Notes: a model not told the origin generated them from the letters alone. A DNA stretch of 32,000 nucleotides from Geotalea daltonii FRC-32 (GCF_000022265.1 NC_011979.1:1-32000); one strand, 5' to 3'; positions 20,515 to 28,688 are shown, counted from the stretch's first letter. Numbers and translations: made by a program.

Positions 20515-21270
20515 ATGTTCAGAGGAGGCCTGACAATCTGGAGGCGCGACATGCTGGTAATGCGCCGGAGCATCTTCTCCGAGCTGCTGGCGGTTACAGC
20601 CTATCCCCTCACCCTCTATCTGGCCTTCGGCTTCGGCCTGAAGGGCTATATTGCCGACGTGGAAGGCATCCCCTACCCTCTCTTCATTGCACCGGGGCTG
20701 ATCTCAATGACCGCCGTCAATGCCGCCTTTACCGAAAGCGCCTGGAGCATGTGGTTCCACCGGCGGGTTCAGCACACCATTGAAGAATACCGGGTAACGC
20801 CGATCACCGTCTACGACATCGTCGTCGGCAAGATTTTTTCCGGGTTCTGCCAAGGGGCGATCAAAGGAATGGCCGTGGCCGTGGTCATCTTTCTCCTCAC
20901 CCCCTTCCGCATGGACTACTCCAATCTCATCGCCTATCTTGTCTACATAGTCCTGGGCTCCATGATTTTTTCCTGTCTCGGCACCGTCTGTGGGACGACC
21001 ATCGATAAACCGGAGAACATCGGCCGGGTAGAGTCGGTTATTATCGTGCCGCTCATTTTCATGGCCGGCATCTTTTTTCCTCTTTCTTCCTATCCTGCAA
21101 CTATCCAGCCCCTGATCAGGATTCTGCCCACCACCGCCATCTTCGAAGGGGCAAGGCAGGCTCTGCTGCACGGCGCCCTGGACTGGCAGTACATCATCGT
21201 ATTGGTAGTCAGCGCTGCTGTCACCTTTGCCGTGGCAGCCGTCACCTTCAACCGCAAGATGTCCGAATAA
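20515..21270 (+). CDS. ABC-2 type transporter permease
   Basis: 251 aa with about six hydrophobic helices. It lies 11 nt after the ATPase gene and has a GGAGGA RBS. Size and topology are typical of ABC-2 exporter membrane subunits. Confidence 0.85.
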   Translation: MFRGGLTIWRRDMLVMRRSIFSELLAVTAYPLTLYLAFGFGLKGYIADVEGIPYPLFIAPGLISMTAVNAAFTESAWSMWFHRRVQHTIEEYRVTPITVYDIVVGKIFSGFCQGAIKGMAVAVVIFLLTPFRMDYSNLIAYLVYIVLGSMIFSCLGTVCGTTIDKPENIGRVESVIIVPLIFMAGIFFPLSSYPATIQPLIRILPTTAIFEGARQALLHGALDWQYIIVLVVSAAVTFAVAAVTFNRKMSE

Positions 21271-21362
21271 GGCGAATCTTCTTGAGTTTTAGCCGACTTT
21301 CATAGTAAATTCACTTGTTCGCTATCGCAGAGGCTCGACCTCGAACCTCCCCAGGAGATCGT

Positions 21363-22442
21363 ATGGCTGAAGAATTCATCCCTAAATGGATTGCCTGGGA
21401 AACAACCCAGAAATGCAACCTTAAATGCGTACATTGCCGCTGTTCATCTGATCTTACCTCGTCGGAAGGTGACTTTACCACCGACGAAGGAAAGAAACTT
21501 TTAAAGGAAATAGCAGACTTTTCCAAGCCGGTTGTTGTTCTTTCCGGCGGCGAACCTTTGATGCGCCAGGACATTTTCGAGCTGGCGGGGTATGGCACCT
21601 CCCTGGGCCTGCGCATGTGCATGGCGACCAATGGCGCCCTGGTGACCGATGAAGTCTGCCAGAAGATGAAAGAGGCGGACATCAAGATGGTCTCCCTTTC
21701 CCTGGACGGCTCAACCGCAGCGGTACACGATAACTTCCGCCAGTGCCCCGGCGCCTTTGACGGTGTCGTCAGGGCGGCAGAGCTGTTTCGCAAGCATGGG
21801 CAAAAGTTCCTCATCAATTCCTCCTTCACCAAGCGCAACCAGAATGATATTGCCAACACCTTCAAGGTGGCAAAATCTCTGGGCGCCACTGCCTGGTACA
21901 TGTTCATGATCGTTCCTACCGGCCGCGGCGAGGAAATCATGAATGAGCTGATTTCCAAGGAAGACTACGAGGAAATCCTGGACTGGCACTATCAGCAGGA
22001 GAAGATGGAGGATGACATCCTCATGCGTCCCACCTGCGCTCCCCATTACTATCGCATTGTCCCTCAAAAGGCCAAGGCCGAAGGCTCCAGTTTCGAGCGC
22101 CGCAGCCTGACTTTCTCCACCGGCGGTGGCAAGGGATGCATCGCCGCCCAGACCATCTGCCTCATCGACTGCTTCGGCAACGTCAAGCCCTGCTCCTATT
22201 TCCACCGCACCGCCGGCAATGTTAAAGAAACGCCATTCCGTGAAATATGGGAAAGCTCCCAGATCTTCAAGGAGCTGCGTAATTTCAAGGACTACAAGGG
22301 CAAATGTGGCCAGTGCGAGTATCTGAACGTCTGCGGCGGGTGCCGGGCCAGGGCTGATGCGGTCTACGGCGACTACATGGCAGAAGAGCCGTTCTGCAAC
22401 TACGTGCCGATCAGGATTCAGAAGCAGTCCGAAAAAAAATAA
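21363..22442 (+). CDS. Radical SAM / SPASM-domain enzyme, NirJ/AhbC/AhbD-like (putative anaerobic haem-pathway enzyme)
   Basis: The ATG at 21363 has an AGGAG RBS 6 nt upstream; the ORF track extends to a TTG at 21315. The radical SAM cluster motif is CNLKCVHC, with SGGEPL for SAM binding. TCAPHYYR is as I recall it from NirJ/Ahb-type enzymes. The C-terminal Cys-rich SPASM-like region is [19 protein letters not shown]...[19 protein letters not shown]. It is adjacent to hemE. Confidence 0.8.
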   Translation: MAEEFIPKWIAWETTQKCNLKCVHCRCSSDLTSSEGDFTTDEGKKLLKEIADFSKPVVVLSGGEPLMRQDIFELAGYGTSLGLRMCMATNGALVTDEVCQKMKEADIKMVSLSLDGSTAAVHDNFRQCPGAFDGVVRAAELFRKHGQKFLINSSFTKRNQNDIANTFKVAKSLGATAWYMFMIVPTGRGEEIMNELISKEDYEEILDWHYQQEKMEDDILMRPTCAPHYYRIVPQKAKAEGSSFERRSLTFSTGGGKGCIAAQTICLIDCFGNVKPCSYFHRTAGNVKETPFREIWESSQIFKELRNFKDYKGKCGQCEYLNVCGGCRARADAVYGDYMAEEPFCNYVPIRIQKQSEKK

Positions 22443-22444
22443 TC

Positions 22445-22540
22445 TCACCACGAAGGCACGAAGGACCCTAAAAGAGTCATTCGTGCCGCACCATTCTTGC
22501 GCTTCTGTTTTTCTTCGTGATCTTCGTGTCTTAGTGGTGA
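22445..22540. repeat. Composite palindromic element built from CACGAAGG octamers, flanked by TCACCAC / GTGGTGA
   Basis: Direct tandem CACGAAGG at 22449-22456 and 22457-22464. Inverted copies TCTTCGTG at 22512-22519 and 22521-22528, plus cATTCGTG at 22478-22485. The outer 7-mers TCACCAC (22445-22451) and GTGGTGA (22534-22540) are exact inverted repeats. The element lies between the radical SAM stop and the hemE RBS. Confidence 0.6.
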
Positions 22541-22573
22541 AAGACGTTTTGTATAATAAAAGGAGGGGTTACC

Positions 22574-23593
22574 ATGAATACACGTTTTTTGGATGCCTGC
22601 TGGGGCAAGCCTGTCGACCGGACACCGGTGTGGCTTATGCGCCAGGCGGGCCGCTACCTGCCCGATTATATGCGGGTGCGCAGCAAGTGCACCTTTTTGG
22701 AACTGTGCAAAACCCCGGAACTGGCCGCTGAAGTGACCATCCAGCCGGTGGATATTCTCGGCGTCGATGCCGCGATTCTCTTTTCCGATATCCTTACTCC
22801 GGTGGAGCCCATGGGCATGGCCCTGGATTTCGTCCCTGGCCCGGTGTTCGAACACCCGATCAGGACAATGGCTGACGTGGAAAAGCTGCGTATCCCCCAG
22901 ATGGAGCAGGATGTTCCCTACGTGCTGGAAACAATCAAGATCCTTCGCCGCGAGCTGGCCAACAAGGTGCCCCTGATCGGCTTCGGCGGTGCTCCCTTCA
23001 CCCTCGCCTGCTACATGGTGGAAGGCAAAGGCTCCAAGGACTGGGCCACCATCAAGCGGATGATGTATGCTGCCCCTGAGGTCTATGCGGCTCTCATGGA
23101 AAAAGTGACCATGATGGACATGGAGTACCTCAATGCCCAGATAAAGGCCGGTGCCCAAGCCATCCAGATTTTCGATACCTGGGGAGGCGTTCTGTCCCCA
23201 TCCGACTACGAAAAATTCGTTCTTCCCTACACCACCAAGCTGATCAACGGCCTCAACCGGCAAAACGTTCCGGTTATCCACTTTGTCAAGGGAGCCGGCA
23301 CCATGCTCGACACCGTCAAAAAGGCGGGGGGGGATGTGATGGGCCTCGACTGGCACACAAATCTGGGAAAAGCCCGGGACATTCTCGGTAGCATGGCCGT
23401 TCAGGGGAACCTGGATCCCACCGTGCTGTTTGCGCCTAATGATGTCATCGAAAAAGAGGTCAAACGGGTGCTGGATGAGAACGGCGGACGCTCCGGCCAT
23501 ATCTTCAATCTTGGACATGGAATTTTACCGACGGTACCGCCGGAGAACGCCATCCACATGGTGGAATGCGTACACCGTCTTTCGCAGCAATAA
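22574..23593 (+). CDS. hemE: Uroporphyrinogen decarboxylase
   Basis: 339 aa with a GGAGGGG RBS. The N-terminal signature PVWLMRQAGRYLPDY and the overall sequence are typical of HemE (..FDTWGG.., ..GHIFNLGHGI..). Confidence 0.96.
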   Translation: MNTRFLDACWGKPVDRTPVWLMRQAGRYLPDYMRVRSKCTFLELCKTPELAAEVTIQPVDILGVDAAILFSDILTPVEPMGMALDFVPGPVFEHPIRTMADVEKLRIPQMEQDVPYVLETIKILRRELANKVPLIGFGGAPFTLACYMVEGKGSKDWATIKRMMYAAPEVYAALMEKVTMMDMEYLNAQIKAGAQAIQIFDTWGGVLSPSDYEKFVLPYTTKLINGLNRQNVPVIHFVKGAGTMLDTVKKAGGDVMGLDWHTNLGKARDILGSMAVQGNLDPTVLFAPNDVIEKEVKRVLDENGGRSGHIFNLGHGILPTVPPENAIHMVECVHRLSQQ

Positions 23594-23645
23594 TGAACGA
23601 ACAGTCCTGTCTATGCAGGACATAGACAATGTTAAGGAGAAGCCT

Positions 23646-23879
23646 ATGCTGAAAAGAACAGGTATGGTGGCTGCTGGACTGCTGTTGATGACAGGTATTG
23701 CCTTTGCCGGCGTGGATGTCAGCGTTAATGTGGGCGTGCCTGCTCCCCGTATTCCGGCCCCTCAGGTGAGAGTGATTGAGAAGGAGACCATCATAATCAA
23801 AGAGAAAAAGGGCCATGGAAAACATAAGGGTCACTACAAGGAAAAAGAAGGCAAAAAAAAGCACAGGGGCAAAGACTGA
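23646..23879 (+). CDS. Small secreted protein (77 aa) with a Lys/His-rich C-terminal tail
   Basis: AAGGAGA RBS 6 nt upstream of the ATG at 23646. The signal-peptide-like N-terminus is MLKRTGMVAAGLLLMTGIAFA. The C-terminus is KEKKGHGKHKGHYKEKEGKKKHRGKD. A strong terminator follows. The ORF-track extension to 23430 overlaps hemE out of frame. Confidence 0.55.
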   Translation: MLKRTGMVAAGLLLMTGIAFAGVDVSVNVGVPAPRIPAPQVRVIEKETIIIKEKKGHGKHKGHYKEKEGKKKHRGKD

Positions 23880-23912
23880 GCTTTTTCATCGAATATGACA
23901 GCTTATGCAGGC

Positions 23913-23941
23913 AAGGCGGGTAAACCCCGCCTTTTCTGTTT
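23913..23941 (+). terminator. Rho-independent terminator
   Basis: 8-bp GC-rich stem aaggcggg / cccgcctt, 5-nt loop taaac, followed by ttctgttt. Confidence 0.7.
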
Positions 23942-23962
23942 CCGCAGCAAAGGAGCTAACCG

Positions 23963-24481
23963 GTGACAAAGCCTGAAATGCATGACAAAGCAGGTGGCGC
24001 AGACATCCTGGCTCTTCTCCATGGCGGCAAGGCCAGCGTGAGGGCTGTCGCTATTCTTGAGGCAACAAAAGGGCTATTGGTGGTTCTGGTCGGCTTCGGC
24101 CTTTTCGCCTTGATTCATCGTGATGTTCAGGCAATTGCCGAAGAGGTGGTCCGTGCCGTGCACCTGAACCCGGCCAGTCACCTGCCGAGGGTTTTTCTTG
24201 ATGCCATGGCCTCGGTCAATGATGCCAAATTGTGGGTCATGGCGGCGTCAGCCATGGCATATGCGATCATCAGGTTCATCGAAGCCTATGGGCTATGGCA
24301 ACAGCAGATGTGGGCCATATGGTTCGGCATTCTCACCGGCTGCCTCTATCTGCCTGTGGAAGTCTATGAGCTTTTCCTTTCCACTTCACTCCTCAAAATC
24401 CTCATGCTTGCCCTCAACCTTCTCATCGTGTTCTGGCTGGCTCTCGTGCGCTGGCAAGCGACCCATAGGGGCAGCAATTGA
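23963..24481 (+). CDS. DUF2127-like integral membrane protein
   Basis: GTG start with an AGGAG RBS 7 nt upstream. 172 aa with about four hydrophobic helices. The pattern R.VAILEATKGLLVVLVGFGL...H and IRFIEAYGLW resembles the DUF2127 family as I remember it. Confidence 0.65.
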   Translation: MTKPEMHDKAGGADILALLHGGKASVRAVAILEATKGLLVVLVGFGLFALIHRDVQAIAEEVVRAVHLNPASHLPRVFLDAMASVNDAKLWVMAASAMAYAIIRFIEAYGLWQQQMWAIWFGILTGCLYLPVEVYELFLSTSLLKILMLALNLLIVFWLALVRWQATHRGSN

Positions 24482-24540
24482 CATCACTGAGCTGGTGATT
24501 AGTATTGTTTCATGTGGTTGATTCCCCGCAGGGGGTGAAC

Positions 24541-26865
24541 ATGAAAATCTCAGACAGGAAGATGCTGTTGTCCCCCTTATGGCTTCAGACAGCCATAGTC
24601 ACCTTTCTTCTCGGCTTTGCCGTGCTTGGCTACCTTGCCTTGCGCGTCAGCACCGACCACCCACCAATCCCGCGTCAGGTGCTGTCTGCCGATGGGAGTA
24701 CCCTGTTTACCGGTGAAGACATCATTAGTGGTCAACAGATCTTCCAGAAATATGGTCTCATGCAATACGGCACCATTTATGGCCATGGCGCTTACCTGGG
24801 CCCTGATTTCACCGCCCAGTATCTCCACCATCAAGGTATGGAGATGCTTTCCTTCTATCGCGGGCAGGGGCTTTCCGATGCAGAGGCGCGGGAGCGGATA
24901 CGTCGGGAGCTGAAGGCGAACCTCTACGATCTGAACACAGGGACATTGAAATATACCAAGGGGCAGGACCAGGCCTTCGGAACCATGGTGGATTTCTACC
25001 GTGACTGGTTCGGCACTTCAGGCAACAGCAAGGGCTTGCGCCGACCGGCCATCACCAACGAGGGAGAAATAAAGAGGCTGACCGCTTTCTTTTCCTGGGC
25101 GGCATGGACAAGTGCCGCCGTGCGCCCCGACGCCTCATATTCCTATACCAACAACTGGCCGGCCGACCCCCTTGCCGGAAACGAGCCGACAGCGCAGGCC
25201 CTTCTCTGGAGTGTCCTCAGCCTGGCCGCGCTCCTTGGCGGCACCGGGGTGGTGCTGTTTCTCTTCGGCCGTTATAAATGGCTTGGCTGGCATGGAGAGG
25301 AAGAGCGATTGTCAGAGCGCCGTTTTATAATGCCGGACGAGGTGCGGTTGACACCGGCGCAACGGGCAACTGCCTGGTATTTCTTGGTCGTGGCCGGCCT
25401 TTTTCTTTGTCAGGGTCTACTCGGTGGCGTCAATGCCCACTATCATGTGGAATCAGAAGGATTTTTTGGCCTGAAGCTCGACCAATGGCTTCCCTACAAC
25501 CTGTCACGCATGTGGCACGTGCAACTTGCCCTCTTTTTTGTTGCCTCAAGTTTTTTGGCCATGGGTATTTTTCTCGCACCGATGATTGCCCGCCGCGAGC
25601 CCAGGCACCAGGACAAACTTGCCCTGCTCCTTTTTGGGGCATTGGTTGTGGTGGTGGTTGGCAGCCTGGCAGGCGAGGCAGCCAGTATCAAGGATTATAT
25701 AGGCCTGAATGGACCCTGGTTCTGGATCGGGTCTCAAGGATGGGAGTACCTGGACCTGGGGCGGTTGTGGCAGATGCTGCTGACCATGGGCATGTTTCTC
25801 TGGCTGGTTATTCTGGTGCGTGGGCTCAAGGATACACTCCAGGAGGAGCATCCGGGCAACATGCCCTGGCTCTTTCTCTACAGTGCCCTTTCCATCCCGC
25901 TCTTCTATGCGGTAGGGATGGCTTTCAGCAAGAGCAGCAATTTTGCCGTCATCGACTTCTGGCGTTTCTGGGTGGTGCATCTGTGGGTGGAGGATTTTCT
26001 CGAACTGTTCACCACCATCATGGTCGCCTATATTTTTGTCCTGCTGGGGGTGGTGCGGGCCAGGGTGGCGAATATCATCATCTATATGGATATCATCCTC
26101 TATTCAATTGGCGGTGTCATCGGCACCATGCACCATCTCTATTTCAGCGGTGCACCGGCCATACACATGGCGCTGGGCGCGTTTTTCTCGGCCATGGAGG
26201 TCATTCCGCTGGTACTCCTAACCTACGAGGCCTGGCGCTTCATGCAGCTGGGGGCCGCGGGGGGCGAGAAGTCCATGTTTGCAACCCCCAGCAGCCAATT
26301 TCCACACAAATGGGCGGTCATGTTCCTCATTGCAGTCGGCTTCTGGAACTTTCTGGGGGCCGGAGTCTTCGGTTTCCTCATCAACCTGCCCATCGTCAGC
26401 TATTACGAGATCGGTACCCAATGGACAGCCAATCACGGGCATGGGGCGCTGATGGGTGTTTACGGCATGCTGGCAATGGGGTTTTTCATGTTCGTAGCAC
26501 GGTACTTCATTCCCCGTGACCGTGCCAGCGAGCTGGCAATGAGATCCTCTTTCTGGAGTATGAACATCGGGCTTGCCTGGATGCTCTTCATCAACCTCTT
26601 CCCAGTTGGCGTGCTCCAGCTGAATGATGCCCTCACCTACTCCTACTGGCACGCCAGAGCTCCAGAGTTTTTTCAGCAGCCATTGGTCAGGGTTTTTGAA
26701 TGGCTTCGCTTTCCCGGTGATGCAATCTTCATTGTTGGCGGTATCTTCCCGGTCGTCTACCTTGCGGTGCGGATGTTTATCAACAGAAACAGGCCGGGGG
26801 GCCATGGGTGGCAGGAAGAAGGTGAATTTACAAGACTTGCCGGAGGCGAAAATTTAAAAGCTTGA
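24541..26865 (+). CDS. norB: Nitric oxide reductase large subunit, single-subunit quinol-dependent type (qNOR, NorB/NorZ family)
   Basis: 774 aa with a GGGGG RBS before the ATG at 24541. The N-terminal TM segment plus ~200-aa extension has no CXXCH motif (it has no Cys at all) and contains YGHGAYLGPDFT. The haem-copper-oxidase-type His motifs are HYHVE, VVHLWVEDF, GTMHHLYFSG and ANHGHGALMGVYG. There are about 13-14 TM helices. Confidence 0.9.
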   Translation: MKISDRKMLLSPLWLQTAIVTFLLGFAVLGYLALRVSTDHPPIPRQVLSADGSTLFTGEDIISGQQIFQKYGLMQYGTIYGHGAYLGPDFTAQYLHHQGMEMLSFYRGQGLSDAEARERIRRELKANLYDLNTGTLKYTKGQDQAFGTMVDFYRDWFGTSGNSKGLRRPAITNEGEIKRLTAFFSWAAWTSAAVRPDASYSYTNNWPADPLAGNEPTAQALLWSVLSLAALLGGTGVVLFLFGRYKWLGWHGEEERLSERRFIMPDEVRLTPAQRATAWYFLVVAGLFLCQGLLGGVNAHYHVESEGFFGLKLDQWLPYNLSRMWHVQLALFFVASSFLAMGIFLAPMIARREPRHQDKLALLLFGALVVVVVGSLAGEAASIKDYIGLNGPWFWIGSQGWEYLDLGRLWQMLLTMGMFLWLVILVRGLKDTLQEEHPGNMPWLFLYSALSIPLFYAVGMAFSKSSNFAVIDFWRFWVVHLWVEDFLELFTTIMVAYIFVLLGVVRARVANIIIYMDIILYSIGGVIGTMHHLYFSGAPAIHMALGAFFSAMEVIPLVLLTYEAWRFMQLGAAGGEKSMFATPSSQFPHKWAVMFLIAVGFWNFLGAGVFGFLINLPIVSYYEIGTQWTANHGHGALMGVYGMLAMGFFMFVARYFIPRDRASELAMRSSFWSMNIGLAWMLFINLFPVGVLQLNDALTYSYWHARAPEFFQQPLVRVFEWLRFPGDAIFIVGGIFPVVYLAVRMFINRNRPGGHGWQEEGEFTRLAGGENLKA

Positions 26866-26891
26866 AAAAAATAAATTAAAAAGCATATAAT
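26862..26891 (+). promoter_or_regulatory. Candidate sigma70-type promoter for the small Cys-rich gene
   Basis: -35 TTGAAA (26862-26867, overlapping the norB stop), an 18-nt spacer, and -10 TATAAT (26886-26891). The context is AT-rich, so a chance match is possible. Confidence 0.3.
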
Positions 26892-26954
26892 TTCTCGTTA
26901 GTTGGGTGACAATAATTACAAAAGCACCTGAGAAAATCGCCTACAGTGGGGGGA

Positions 26955-27179
26955 ATGATGGAAAATTGTGAGTTGCTGGAAAAATGCGTTTTCTTCAACG
27001 ACAAGATGGGTAACATGCCATCGACTGCCAGTGTCATCAAGATGAGGTATTGCAGGGAAGACAGCAGCGGCTGTGCCAGATATCTGGTGTGCAAGGCCTT
27101 GGGCAGGGAAAACGTACCGGCTGACCTGTTCCCCAATCAGGAGGACAGGGCACGCCAGCTGATAGCCTCGGCCAGGTAA
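26955..27179 (+). CDS. Small Cys-rich protein (about 74 aa), function unknown
   Basis: MMENCELLEKCVFFNDKM...MRYCREDSSGCARYLVCKALG has five Cys in the pattern C-x5-C ... C-x6-C-x5-C. A G-rich RBS precedes it and a strong terminator follows. The start could be ATG 26955 or 26958; the ORF track gives a GTG at 26946. Confidence 0.55.
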   Translation: MMENCELLEKCVFFNDKMGNMPSTASVIKMRYCREDSSGCARYLVCKALGRENVPADLFPNQEDRARQLIASAR

Positions 27180-27203
27180 AGTTACTTTCGCTTTCACACA
27201 GGC

Positions 27204-27239
27204 AGGCCTGTCGATTTACCCGGCAGGCCTTTTTATTTT
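27204..27239 (+). terminator. Rho-independent terminator at the convergent junction with hslO
   Basis: 10-bp stem aggcctgtcg / cggcaggcct (one G-U pair), 7-nt loop atttacc, then ttttatttt. The hslO stop (27233-27235, minus strand) lies in the T-tract. The arms also form a 9-nt direct repeat ggcaggcct (27201-27209 and 27222-27230). Confidence 0.7.
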
Positions 27240-28132
27240 GATGATGCGGAATCGGTCAATTCCGCCAGCAGAAGCTCCAGAGCCTTCCGATCAAAGATAT
27301 AGCTCTCGCGGCAGAATTCACAATCCACCGTTACCTGTTCCTGTTTTTCAAGTATGTCTGATAGCTCCTCCCGACCAAGGGAGAGCAGCACCCGTTCAAT
27401 TTTTTGCCGGCTGCAGGAGCAGTCGAAGGCCAGGGCACGCCTCTCCAGGATGTCGTAGGGAATATCTGCAAAAAGCAAGGCCAGCAGTTCTTCCGGCTTG
27501 CTGCCGTTGCGCAGCAGCTCACTTATGGGGGGCAGTTTGGCTAGGCGGTCCATCAGGGTATCGACTGCAGCATCATCGGCCGGTGGAAGTGCCTGGATGA
27601 GAAATCCTCCGGCCGCAGCCACACTGTTGTCGGGTTCCACGTAGACACCCAGACCGATTGCCGAGGGTATCTGCTCCGATTCGGTCAGATAGAGTGCCAG
27701 ATCTTCGGCAATTTCGCTGGAGAAAAGTTGGACGGTGCCCCGATAGGGCTCCTTGAGCCCAAGGTCCTTAGTGACAGTGAGAAATCCGGCACGACCCAAG
27801 GCTCCGGCCACATCCAGCTTACCGTTCTTTTCCGGCAGATGTACATGTGGAGCGCCTACACAGCCGCGAACGGCGCCGTTACTGTCCCCTTCGACCAGGA
27901 TCTTCTGCAGCGGTCCATTGCCTTCGAACTTGAGTGCCACCCGTTGACCCGTCTTCAGCAGCGCACCGAAAAGTGCTCCGCCGGTCAGTGCTCGCCCCAA
28001 GGCAGCGGAAGCTGTCGGCCAGGTGTCATGCCGGCGGCAAAGCTCGTTGACCAGCTCGGTGGTGAGGCAGGCCAGCGCCCGCACCTTGCCGTTTTTGCTG
28101 ATAATCCTCACCAGATAATCACTCACAGGCAT
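27233..28132 (-). CDS. hslO: Redox-regulated chaperone Hsp33
   Basis: 299 aa with a typical Hsp33 N-terminus (D.L.R...NG.VRA......L..E...RH) and the C-terminal zinc/redox switch CSCS...CEFC ([10 protein letters not shown]....[12 protein letters not shown]). Confidence 0.93.
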   Translation of the reverse strand: MPVSDYLVRIISKNGKVRALACLTTELVNELCRRHDTWPTASAALGRALTGGALFGALLKTGQRVALKFEGNGPLQKILVEGDSNGAVRGCVGAPHVHLPEKNGKLDVAGALGRAGFLTVTKDLGLKEPYRGTVQLFSSEIAEDLALYLTESEQIPSAIGLGVYVEPDNSVAAAGGFLIQALPPADDAAVDTLMDRLAKLPPISELLRNGSKPEELLALLFADIPYDILERRALAFDCSCSRQKIERVLLSLGREELSDILEKQEQVTVDCEFCRESYIFDRKALELLLAELTDSASSK

Positions 28133-28656
28133 AATCCCAGACGGCCGATCATTTCACCCTCCCTGAAAAGCAACTCCTTGATGGTGAGAAAGTCACAGAC
28201 CTTGATCCCATTGATGTTATAAGCAAGAAATTTCTGCAGTTCGGGCACCTGGGTCAAATCGCAGGCGATGGTGCCCTCGCAGTAGGAAAGAAATGGAATT
28301 TTTTCCACGACTTTCCTCGTGACAAAATCCACATCAACCGGTTTTACCTCTTCAATCTTGAGAAAGATCATCTTCTCCTTTGGCGTAAAAAATATCCGCT
28401 CCACGCCAAATCGCGCAGAAAATGGGATGCTGAACGGAATCAGCTTCTTCTTCACCTTGCCGCTGATCTCCCCATAGCCATCATAAAATTTCATGGACAA
28501 TTCGTGGATTTCCTCGTCCATTGCCCGGGCGATCAACTCCCGATGAAAGTAGTCCTGGCTCACCCTCACTTCCCTGCGGGTTACGATCTCTTTCAGATGC
28601 TGATCCTTGATCAGATCAAGCAGGGCCGGATTTTTCAACATGTCGAAGATGCTCAT
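28123..28656 (-). CDS. Hypothetical protein, 177 aa
   Basis: ATG with a GAGG RBS 5 nt upstream. Its stop overlaps the hslO start by 10 nt. I see no TM segment and no motif I recognise. Confidence 0.65.
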   Translation of the reverse strand: MSIFDMLKNPALLDLIKDQHLKEIVTRREVRVSQDYFHRELIARAMDEEIHELSMKFYDGYGEISGKVKKKLIPFSIPFSARFGVERIFFTPKEKMIFLKIEEVKPVDVDFVTRKVVEKIPFLSYCEGTIACDLTQVPELQKFLAYNINGIKVCDFLTIKELLFREGEMIGRLGLCL

Positions 28657-28688
28657 TTTTACCTCTGTTGTGGAGTCTTATAAAGTTG

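Noticed and set aside
22552-22557. A perfect TATAAT hexamer upstream of hemE as its -10 promoter element.
   Set aside because: It lies only 3 nt upstream of the AGGAGG RBS (22561-22566), so a transcript starting about 7 nt downstream of it would begin inside the RBS. There is no convincing -35. It is more likely just AT-rich sequence in the translation-initiation region.
19574-22573. ABC exporter plus a radical SAM/SPASM enzyme read as a RiPP (sactipeptide/ranthipeptide-type) biosynthetic cluster.
   Set aside because: I found no plausible small precursor-peptide ORF in the flanking spacers (21271-21362 and 22443-22573). The enzyme's motifs look like the NirJ/Ahb haem family, and its downstream neighbour is hemE. 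The exporter is translationally coupled to the kinase operon upstream, not to the radical SAM gene.
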